Part shown: positions 27,588 through 38,632 of the stretch, in pieces
Position numbering within the stretch: position 1 is the stretch's first letter
Layout: the number at the start of each line of letters is the position of its first letter
NCBI GenBank assembly: GCA_050084985.1
Contig: JBITNC010000001.1
Span: 170,686,001 to 170,750,000, forward strand
Length of the DNA stretch: 64,000 nt
From: Nageia nagi
Lineage: Eukaryota; Plantae; Pinophyta
Direction: 5' to 3'
Made by a program: the position numbers and the translations under genes
Notes under the pieces: generated by a model
The model's input: only the letters and a program-made list of their open reading frames with translations
Databases searched by the model: none
Told to the model about the DNA's origin: nothing

Positions 27588-27770
27588 GTGCTACCTCCTT
27601 CGGTGCATCAGCACCCATGGGCGGGTGCTACCTCTATCAGTGTATCAACACCCTTAGGCAGGTGCTGCCTCCTTCAATGCATTGGCACCCTTGGGAGGGT
27701 GCTACCTCATTCGGTGTATCGACACCTTGGTGAGATGCTACCTCGTTCGGCAGATTGGCACCCCTGCACA
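27588..27770. repeat. Five 37-bp tandem units with hairpin potential in the chromovirus 5' leader
   Basis: gtgct(a/g)cctc starts at 27588, 27625, 27662, 27699 and 27735. Each unit ends in (a/g)cacc(c). Confidence 0.92.
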
Positions 27771-28671
27771 TGAAGCAATTAAGCATCGGTGCATACCCAC
27801 ATACCTTGGTCGATGAGGCCTAGGTGGGTAACCAAATCCCCTTCGTAGGCATCATGTTTCATATGGGTCGAATCAGCATGATACACATGGCATATGGCAC
27901 CCTCCTTGCCTGAACCCCCAAGGCTCTGATACCACATGAAATGCAACTAGACACACCACCCCTTGGGGCGTGGCCGTCAATGGTAATGCTCGGCACTGAC
28001 ATAGTCGACACAGTCTAAAATCCTGGGTACCAAACTTATGGGAATCACCCCCACCAGACGTATCCTCTCATGGTCCATCTCGCATGGCTAGCCAACTCTG
28101 TTGTATTTGTCAAGTCTGTAGTTGCATACTGCTCGAGGCCTCGTACCTCTAGAGCTAGTCTGACCCCTTGGAGCATTGAATCGATTTGTCATAGTTACCA
28201 GGATGCCTGGTGCTCACCGCCCAACCAACGACCTTCAAACAGGTATCACCCCTAAGGTCCCCCTGAGCTATATTCACCCATCCATGTCGCCCAGTCCAAC
28301 CATAGGAATGGACTCTCAACCTTATCCACCATGGTTCCTAAAGCATGACAGTTTGGGCCCAGAATGGATCCCCATGTACTAAAGGTTACGCTCTATGTAC
28401 ACTCACGACCCTGGGAGAGGCGGCCCTCTCACAATTACTCTCTATATTATAAAGTTCAAACTATTCAAGTACCAAGACAAGATAAGGTTGTCAAGTCCAA
28501 GTGGATAGAATCTTGAATTATTCCAAAACTCTGTGTATCTATTGGGATTCAATCCACCAAGGGTTTGCAAAACTGGATCAAAAAATTGACAAGACCTACC
28601 TAAAGCTTCAAAACATATAGCAATTTCAGGTGCCATAAACAAAAATACAAGATGAAAACATATAAAGGAAG

Positions 28672-31600
28672 TGTTGCAGGGTTGGGGATCGGCTAAGGGT
28701 GACAGCACCAACCACCCACATGGCACCGATTCTTCCTATCGGACTGCAGGAATTGAGCAATCGGACAAGTCACCGGGCTACACCTTGACCACGCGTCGAC
28801 CTGCAGGGTTAGCACCAATCACATAAAACATGCAGCAGAAGACTAAACATGCACAGGTTAGTGAAAAAGCAAATGCATAAAAGGGCCAAATGCCTAAGTT
28901 TTGAAAATGTTCGATTTTATTAATTTGACAGTCCAACCCGTCTAGTAGATTAATAAAATGGGCTCAAAGGCCAAACCGACTCAGGACACTCGAACTTGTG
29001 GGTCAGGCTCCATCGATACTACCCACGGACTCTGTACAAGATGCTATTTACAATTTTTACAAGGCACACACATTAGCCCCTTCAGCACAACACTACTCGA
29101 CTTGGTCCATCTAGTCCCTCAAACTGGCGAAGATGACCGCTACCCACACGCTCACATTGCAGGACAGGGATCACACTTAGACATTTTAAAGGCTCAGGTT
29201 GGAAGGTTATGTTCGCTAGGAGGCTTCGGCTCTGGTTCATAATGTACTCGTAAGGTTGCAAGGAGGCAAGAATGCCAGTAGTCAACTGGCGAGTGGGGAA
29301 TGATGTTTTCCCCACCACATACTCCCCTGACTGATTCGGTGATACCCTCATCACCATGTGCACACCGATCCATTCTGTCGCTCTTTGGCTCCTCTTCTGT
29401 GTGTGCACCCGTTGGATCCTATCATCCATAGCTCCTACTCTAGATGTTGGTCCATCCACACTCACCCACTTCTTGGCCGAAGAAGATCTCCCGCTATCTC
29501 CCATGCCGTCATCTGCCTACCTCTTCCTCTCTTCTAGAGTGATCTCCAACTCTATCTCTCTCCAATCGCATTCTATCTGTCTCCTCAAACTCGTTCATGC
29601 CATGGCTCCTGGTGGCTCTATTTCAGACCCCACTTGGTCCACTATTTGGCCTGGAGGAGCTCCTTGCTCAACTCTGACCTCATCTTTCCCACTCCTTGGG
29701 TGCTCTACTTTGCTCTAGTCCGACCCTCTCCATGGGCGATCAACATAACTCTGCCCATCCCATAGATGTTCAACTCCACTCGGGTCCAACCCATCCCTTG
29801 GGCACACGACTCCATCTTGGTCTTGCCCACTCCTTGGGCATTTTGCTCAACTCTAATCTAGCCCATTCCTTGGGCCCATGCCATACTGGCACCAACTAAC
29901 TTCAAGGCAGCCAGCTACGGAGCGGGCACCCTCGACCCCTTCCTACTCAATGCATTAGCCTTCCTTGTCGAACCGGCTCCTTCGCTTTGCACCATGGCTG
30001 GCTGATGGTTAGATGCCTCCTACTCCTTCCTCCTTAGCACACCAGCCACACATGTAGAAACTCCTTCCTATCTCTTCATGGCCCTTTGCATCACCAAGGC
30101 TCCAATCCTATGGTGTCCACCCAGCTCAGATGGATTTCTCTCTAGCATAGTCACTCCTTGCTACCTGGGTTCTTCAACCCTTTGCATTACCATGGCCCCA
30201 AGCCTGTGGTGTCCACCTGGCTCAGATAGATCTTTCTCTAGCGTAGCTACTCATCGCTGCCTAGGTGCATAGTATTCCTTGCAATCGATCTGGCTGTCAA
30301 AGACAACCACCCTCTATTGGACTTCATCATCATCGTCGATCCATTCCGTTGGATCCACCCGTCGGCTCAGTTGATTTGGGCAGTCATCGAAGACATGGTC
30401 TCCTCCATAGTTCCAACATACCTAGGGTCTCTGCATAGTAAGACCACTATTCTCTCCATGCATAGTCGTGCCCTCCTTGGCAACCGACCCGCTCTCCACT
30501 TTTTGCATGATGTCCATGCACCTCAATACACCCAATCGATGCTTTACGTCTTCCTTCTCAGTCTACTACTACCGTGCTGCATTTAACCACTACTTTGATT
30601 TTCTTGGGTAGTCCTTAGCAAAATGATCACCTCCATAGTTGAAACAGTCGTGGGGCCTTATCATTCCAAAGCCACTGCTCTCACCCTTCTCATACGGTTT
30701 CAGATCGGCTCGTGGTCTGGGCATGCTTGCCCCACTCAACTGCACCTGGGTCGTTGGTCTACCTTTCTCCTATCCATTCTCGGGCCTACCCTCAGACTAC
30801 CATGTGCCATCCTGGTGCATTCTTGACTGTTGCGGGTACTCCTTCCCCAGCCCAGCTGTCTCAGTTTGCACCCTATCTGACTCCCTCCTAGCTGGTGGCC
30901 TCCTAAAGTTGTTCAATCGATCGATTATAGCGATGGCTTCCTTCACCATTTTTGGGTCATGTCGCTTGACTTCGTTCTCTGCCCAGGGTTGCATCTATTC
31001 CAAGAAATTGAACAGTCGATCCTTCTTGCTCATGTTCCTGATCTGCACCATCAAGCCTGAATGCCTCGATGTAGTCTCTGAGCAGTTCAGTTTGTTTTAG
31101 GTGCTTCAACTATTGCTTGGTTAGAATGTTGGCATTTCCCGGCATGAACTGCTCCTTGAGCAGCCATTTCATGTCTTCCCAATCTCTGACATCAGGGTAC
31201 ACCTTATCCTCCACGTCCTTATAGATATTGCACCACCACATTTTGGCAAGGTCGTCCAAGTACCTACTCACCACACTCACTTGCTGCAGGCCGGACAACT
31301 TCTCCAGTCCACCCAAGAAATCCTTCATGTCTCGTGAAGTTCTCCAATGCTTCATCTAACTGATCTTCACTGTATGGTCTGGGCTCACGGATCTTTAGTA
31401 TCTAGCTCGGGCTCTCCTCTAGCCTGATGCCCCCTTCGGTAGATGGTCCTCCATTCCTATGCAAGCTCAAAGCACCCTACTGAGCTGCCAGTGCATATCC
31501 CCTACATAGACTCACATCCTCTACAATGGTTACCTGGGCCAATTGCACCTCCTGGAGCTAGGCTTGTATTGCCTCAACGGATGATTCATTAGCATGGGCC

Positions 31601-32334
31601 TCCATCCGCACCGCATTCACCTGGAGCTATTGGACCTCATTGGATAACTCTATCAATCTAGATTCTAGCCCATCCTCACTGACAATCCTGGTCTCTATCT
31701 CCTCGACTATGGCCATGATCTGCTCAACCTTGGTGTTTATTTGATCAGCTCTAGCCTCTATCTGTTATAATCTGGTGTGCATGGCTTGCTTGAATCCCTC
31801 AAAGGTGACCTCCACAATTCTCACATGCTTATCAAACATGTCAATCAAGTCTGATTATGGGGCCTCGCCCCTCGACCTACTCCTGGCTGCTCCCCCGGTA
31901 GTCCCGTGCACCATCCTTCTACCGTGATCTCCCTCGATGACACTGGCACCCTTCGAACCCCGTCCACTACCACCCACCACTGACTGCTCCAAAGGACTGG
32001 ACACGATTGAGTCCACACCATCTAGGGGCGACTCCAGGACTCAACTCAAGAACCCTACACTGACTGATGGCACAAACTCAACACGTAGAGCTAACTAGGC
32101 TCTGATACCAACTATTGCAGGGCTGGGGATCGGTTAAGGGCTACCCTCACCAACCACCTACATGTCTCACATCGCAGGATAGGGATCACACTTAGATGTT
32201 TTGAAGGCTCAGGTTGGAAGGCTGTGTTCGCTGGGAGGCTTGGGCTCTGGTTCATAGTGTGCTTGCAAGGTCGCACGGATTCAGGAACGCCAGTAGTCAA
32301 TTGGCGAGTGGGGAACGATGTTTTCCCCACCATA
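28672..32334 (-). mobile_element. Non-autonomous gag-only Gypsy-type LTR element (TR-GAG-like)
   Basis: 3' LTR 28672-29319 and internally deleted 5' LTR 32113-32334. Perfect TSD GGAAG. PBS gctctgatacca at 32099-32110 and PPT near 29321-29328. Gag remnants 30797-31355 (YLDDLAKMWW...WEDMKWLLKEQF, QPWAENEV). No pol motifs seen. Confidence 0.9.
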
Positions 32335-32348
32335 GGAAGGGTAAAAAA

Positions 32349-35300
32349 AGTCAAACTTGGTTTTCATTCATACTTTGCTCTTTACAATATTATGGGCATA
32401 AATAGCCACTATATATAATTGGAATGCTAAAGTTTAGGACTACAAATTTGTCAGCCAGCTAAGCATATCTCTAATCTAGGAAATATATATATTTACAATC
32501 AATCTATATACAGAAGTATACCAACTTGGAATTACTCTAGAATCTTCAACACTCCCCCTCAAGTTGGTGTGTAGATGTCGCTCATTCCCAATTTGTTGAG
32601 ACCATCATGAAATGCTCGACTTGATATGACCTTGGTGAGTAGGTCAACAAGTTGTTCTTAAGACAAGACATGAGGTGTTTCAATGATCTTTGCTTCTAGT
32701 TTCTCCTTGATGAAATGCCTATCAACTTCCACATGTTTGGTTTGATTGTGCTGATTTGGGTTGTGGGCAATATCACAAGCTGCCTGTTATCACAATATAG
32801 CTTCATTGGGCTATTATGCTTAATATTCAGATCTTTTAATAAATTACGGATCCATAACAATTCACATATTACCTTAGTCATTCCTCAGAACTCAGATTCA
32901 GCACTAGATAGAGCAACTACAACTTGCTTCTTGCTTCACCAAGTGACCAAATTTCCTCCTACAAAAGTGAAATACTCTACTGTAGACCGCCTATCTTTGA
33001 TTGATCTAGCCCAATTTGCATCAGTGTATCCTTTGACATCCAGATTATTCCCCTTTTTAAACATAATCCCTTTCCCTGGAGATGACTTCAAGTAGCGCAA
33101 AATGCGGGTAACTGCATTCATATGTTCTTCACTTGGAGAATGCATGAATTGGCTTACGACACTTAGTGCATATGCCAAGTTAGGTTGAGTATGTGCAAGA
33201 TACATTAGTTTCCCAACTAATCTTTGATACCTTTCCTTGTTTGTTGGAACTTGATCCGGATATATGCCTAGCTTCAAGTTTTCTTCCATAGGAGTGCTAA
33301 CTAGACTACATGCCGTCATACCAGTCTCACTTAGTAAATCTAAGGCATATTTTCATTGAGATAGAAAGACACATTCCTTTGATCTCGCCACTCAATACCA
33401 ATCTCATAATACAAGTTCTTCATACTGATAATGGTCGAGAGTTTGTTAATCAGGACCTAAAGAAGTACTTGCAGGAACATGGCATATCTCACCAGATGAC
33501 TTGCCCTTATTCCCCTCATCAAAATGGTTATGAAATTTCTGAAACAAGGAGCTAACTTCATTCTTTGATTTCATCAAGCAAACCCAATTCATACGAGTGT
33601 GATCATCAATAAATGTGACAAACCAATGAGAACCATTCAAGGAAGGGTGTTTGGCCGGCCCCCATACATCAGAGTGAATAAACATAAAAGGTACTGGACT
33701 TTTATTCATGCTCAATGGGAATGATACACGGTGACTTTTTGCAAGTTCACAAATACTACATTTGAAATCTGAAGTACTTAATTGAGAAAACAAATTTGGG
33801 AACAATTTTTTTAAATATCCAAAAGACACATGACCCAAGCGCTTGTGCCACAACCAAATTTCAGAGGATTTGTCAATCTGATCCACTAAAAGAGCTTGAG
33901 ACAACTGATGTGAGCTAGTAGGCTTCAGATCTAGATAGTACAGCTTCCCCCTTCTAGTACCATAACCAATCATCTTTTGAGTTCAATGTCCTTAAAAACA
34001 TAATGGTTAGGCCAAAAAATCACAACACAATACAATGCACTAGTTATTTGGGCAACAGATAATAATTATGGTTAAAGGAAGGTACAATTAAAATAGAATC
34101 AAGATTCAAATTATGTGATAGAGGAACTGAACATTCTCCAATCATAGGTGAGGGATTGCCATTGGCAGTAGAGATTGTATGTGTGGTGGATTATTTCATA
34201 GACTAAACATGCTGACTGTCAAAGGTCATGTGATCCGTAGCACCAGAATCAATTATCCATGTACTACTACTACAATCTGATGTAGAAGTATGGAAAACCT
34301 TACCAATGTTACCTGAAGTAGCAATCAAAGAGGAAGCTTTTGCACCATCATTAGAAGGTTTGGTCACAGCAACAAAAGCTTGGTGATTTGGCTTTGAATT
34401 GCACTTGCGCGATGCCTTTGTTGGATCCCACCAATTTGGATAGCTAATTAAGTCATAACATCGTGCTTTTGTATGGCCTGTCTCACCATAGTGAATGCAC
34501 AAACGTTCAAGTTTGACAGCACCTATTTCATAGCTGCCCTTCTGAGATCATGCTTGGTCAGAATCAATTTTTTGAGCAAATTGTCGTGGTTGAGGCTTAG
34601 TGCGTCAAGCCATTAGAGTGAAAGACTCAAGATTATCGAGTTCAACATTTAAGGTGGCTCGATGTACAGCATCTCGATGGACATAGGCATAGGTGTCATT
34701 GAGGTCCATTGCGAGGTCCTTCCAAAGAACCTCACCTCTAATTTGTTCAAATTCTACATCCATACCACTAAGAAAGATGTGCACTCTCAACCGTGTAATA
34801 GATTTCTTATAGGTGACAATATCATCAGGATCCTTCATGATAACTTTATCACGATAATCTAATTCTTGGAAAATTTCAACAAGCTCACCGTAATAAGTTG
34901 ATAAAGGTCAACCAGCTTGTTTGGTGGTGAAGGCATGCTGATTTAGTGCAAAGAGTTGTGTCTCATCTAATCCATCATAGAATGATTTGGCAAGAGCACT
35001 CCAGATTTCCCTTGCAGTACATAGTCAGAGATAACGCTTCATTATCTCTGGTGACATGGAGATCAGCAACCAACCCTTGACCTTTTGATTCTCTGCATAC
35101 CACTTTGCATAGGTAGCATCAGTTTCCTTTGGTGGATCAGTTTTACCAATAATATATTCGAGCTTCTCACATCGTACGATTTGCATCTCTAATATTTGGT
35201 ACCATACATCATAGTTACTTTCGGTGAGAACAACTCTGGCCTGGAAGCCAGAATTTTCAGATTGGATATGAATTACTGGAGTTGATGATTCGGAAGCCAT

Positions 35301-35532
35301 ATGGTATTTTTTGGGATGCTCTGATACCAAGTCAAACTTGGTTTTCATTCATACTTTGCTCTTTACAATATTGTGGGCATAAATAGCCACTATATATAAT
35401 TGGAATACTAAAGTTCAGGACTACAAATCTGTCAGCCAGCTAAGCATATCTCTAATTTAGGAAATATATATATTTACAATCAATCTATATACAAAAGTAT
35501 ACCAACTTGGAATTACTCTAGAATCTTCAACA
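32349..35532 (-). mobile_element. Ty1/Copia (Ale-like) LTR element with an internal deletion and inversion
   Basis: 203-bp LTRs 32349-32551 and 35330-35532 differ by 6 transitions (by eye). PBS 35318-35329, PPT 32552-32562, A-rich TSD. Gag starts immediately after the PBS (35025..35348). Protease WIIDSGATDHMT, integrase (WHKRLGH, HSDVWGP), and RT C-terminus/RNase H (32570-33390). Confidence 0.95.
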
Positions 35533-36099
35533 AAAACTACAAAAAGGGACAAAACCCTAAGCAATAATTTCAGGGACAAACATGCAAGATCACAATATAT
35601 AGAGAAAAGACAAAGAGAAAGATGCATACAAAAGCTCTAATTTTGAATGAACTAAAAAAATGAATAACAGTTTAAATAAATAAATGCCTGATCTTACCTA
35701 GCTGCCCACCAATATCAGAAGACAAGGAAGAAGAAAAGAATAAGAAGAATATTTCCCTTGTAGTGTATTTATAACTACTACTTTCTTCAATGATCATGTT
35801 CCTTTGCTCCTCATTTACATAGCTCTTTCTATGATAGAAAAGACATAGGAGAGAGGCCCCTGGTAAACATTGATTCTTGTACCACCCCAAGGGATGTTCA
35901 ACATAGCTCTAGCCCTAACCCCTCAGCCTTAATGATTCAAAATATTAAAAGATGTTTATCAAGTAACCTTTTTTTCTTTGTTTGTTTGTAGTGTTTAGTT
36001 TAATTACAATGTAATGCGTTCCCTTTTTAAGCCTTTCAGGTTCATTTTTCCATTCGATGCTCAATATCAGCTGAAAACCATCTATTGTGATTGAAACAT

Positions 36100-36495
36100 T
36101 TTCAATCTTTGATTCTATGTCAGCCTATTCTCCATCAAGTGTTGTTTGCATCATGCATCTTATTAAACAATTCAATGACCCTTTCCACATATCCGTTTTG
36201 TGCATATCTTGTCAAACAATTGGTGTGCCTTCTCTACACATCCACATTTTGCATACATGTCTACCAACGCACTCACAACCACAATAATTGACAAAAATTC
36301 GATTCCATGGCTTTGAAATCTCCATTACTTCTACCTGTAGTTGTTCTGTCAAGAAGAAAGCATCATAGTGCCACCTTGATCTGGTTGGACTACTGTTGTT
36401 GTTTGTTGCATTTGGTGAAATAGTGTCAATGCATTTGCTAAGTTTGGTACCATGCGCAAGATCCTTTTGGAATTTCCGGCATACCCATGGCACAG
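36100..36495 (-). pseudogene. PLS-class pentatricopeptide-repeat gene fragment
   Basis: Manual translation gives SNFLSIIVVVSALVDMYAKCGCVEKAHQLFDK, joined to YAQNGYVERVIELFNKMHDAN, with frameshifts and deletions. Confidence 0.85.
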
Positions 36496-36899
36496 GGTTG
36501 AAATTGGTAGTTTATTTATTTTTATAAAATAGTTGATTGTTTAATAACTGGATTGCGTAGGAATAATTAGAGTGGTTTTAATTTAGGTGTAAGTGATTAG
36601 TAAAATTCATAAGAATGGTATGAAAATGAAGGTTTTGTAAAGGCATGCAAATGTTGCAGAGTGTTGCAGAGGGGTCGATGTTCTATGTATCTATTAGGTC
36701 AATGTGAGATTGGGAATCCTTATAGCATGTTCTTCCTTTAGAAGATGTGGGAGGAGAGGTGCCTAATACAAGTTAGGCGAGGAGGAACTAACAATCCTCT
36801 AATTCAAGGCACATTAAAATTATAAAGCCCTACACTCATCTTGCATGCATTTAGGGGAAAGGATTTTCAAGCATCCACATCATCGTCAGATATTACTTT

Positions 36900-38632
36900 C
36901 TTAAGAATTGTCCCTTCATATTTGAGAATTTATGGCTTATAAATAAAGACTTACCAAAGTTGAAACAACAATGGTGGCAACAAGGAAAACCAATATTTGT
37001 AAAAGAACATTTCCAATTACAATTTAGGCTAAAACATATAAAATGCAAGCCAAAAAGATGGAATAAATCTCAATGGACATATTTTTAACAACAAAGAGCA
37101 AAATTATTGGGAAGAATGCAAGGAATAGAAGAAAAGATACACGTTGAGCTAATTTCAAAAGAGTTACTTTCTAAAGCAAGTGATTTGATGCAAGAGGAGA
37201 AGGAGGTTGATAAGAAACAAGAGATCTATTAGAGGTAAAGATCCCAAATGACTTCGCTATAAGAGAGGGATAAGAACACAAAGTTCTACAATCAATCAAC
37301 CACAGTTCGAAGTCATTATAACCATTTGTATGTTGTTACCAATGCATAAGGCCTTAAAGAAACTACTCTTCTAAGTATGCCAAAAATATCTAATGATTAT
37401 TTTTCTACTTTTTTTATTGCATACCCAAACCTCTCAAAACATACTCAAGAAGAATTTTTGGGAAGTATTCTTAAGTTAGTATCTCTAAAGCATAATGAAG
37501 ATATTTTGAGGGAGATCAAAGAGGAAGATGTGAAAGACCTAATGTTGTCCATACAATCAGAGAAAGCCATAGGTCCTAATGGATTACCAATTGAATTCTA
37601 CAAAGCCTTTTGGGATATTATAGGGAATAATGTGACTAAAGTAGTGGAAGAGGCTATATCCAATGGGAGAATTCCTAATTACCTCAATCATACCTTTTTA
37701 ACTTTGATTACGAAAGGAGGAGATATAGAGAATCTAATTAACTATAGACCAATTTCTCTCTACAATGTGATCTACAAGATTATAATCAAAGTAATGACTA
37801 ACAGACTCAAAACTATATTACTTAATATCATATATATATCTTGAGCAAGGTGGATTTGTACAGGGTAGACAAATTTAATCTATTTAAGGCATATAACAAA
37901 GTAAGTGGGATTTTTGAGTCAAATTTTACAAAGATTTTGCTTTATAAAAGAATAAATTAATTGGGTTATGGAATGCATATCCAAAGTCTCCTTCTCAATA
38001 TTAATCAATGGAAGAAGCCCTTCCCAATTATTTAAGGTTAGCAAAGGTATTAGACAAGGAGATCCTCTCTCACCATACCTATTTACTATTTTTGTAAAAG
38101 GTTTGGGAAGACTTATATAAAGGAAAAATAGATAATACCATTTCCAGCTTAAATTTGAATAGAGATATAGCCATAACCCATTTACAATTTGTGGATGATA
38201 TAGGAATATTATGGGGTGAAGCAACAATAAAAGAAGCAATCACTATCAAAGGGATTTTAGATTATTATATTATAGTCACTAGTCAACTATGAAATAAAGA
38301 AAAATCAAAAGTAATTTTCTTTAATGTGCATAAAAGAGTAAGGCTTTGAATATCATACAGTATGAGATTCTCAATTACCTCCCTCCCATTAGAATATTTT
38401 GGTATTCCCTTAATGGAGAAGAATTTATGGAAGAATGATTGTAAAACCATAATTGATAAAGTGCACTCAAAGCTTTCAAATTGGACTTGTATATGATTGA
38501 GTTTTAGAGGTAGGGTCACACTCTTGAAATCAATTCTCCAAGCATTATGATTTTACAAATTTTCTATTTTAGCAGTCCTTAAAAGCATCCTCAACAATTT
38601 TGATAAACTAATGAGAAGAATTTTATTATTTG
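36900..38632 (+). mobile_element. 5'-truncated L1 LINE ORF2, left part (interrupted by the Copia at 38633)
   Basis: PFxFENLW, GDKNTKFY, ORF 37377..37844 (KAIGPNG...NYRPISLYNVIYKII), GIRQGDPLSPYLF, HLQFVDD. Confidence 0.93.

Larger units (their letters stand above)
21709..28433 (-). mobile_element. Near-complete Ty3/Gypsy chromovirus (Galadriel-like) LTR retrotransposon
   Basis: LTRs 21709-22203 and 27937-28433 with TG...CA ends. Perfect TSD ATTAC. tRNA-iMet PBS at 27923-27934 and PPT at 22204-22216. Domain order gag-PR-RT-RH-INT-chromodomain. Confidence 0.97.

Noticed and set aside
27588-27770. CRISPR-like 37-bp periodicity
   Set aside because: Units are contiguous homologous repeats without unique spacers, inside a plant retrotransposon leader, and there are no cas genes.
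27923-27934. tRNA-Met gene
   Set aside because: Only the 12-nt PBS complement is present (also at 32099, 35318, 45303, 48725 and 55693). No cloverleaf.
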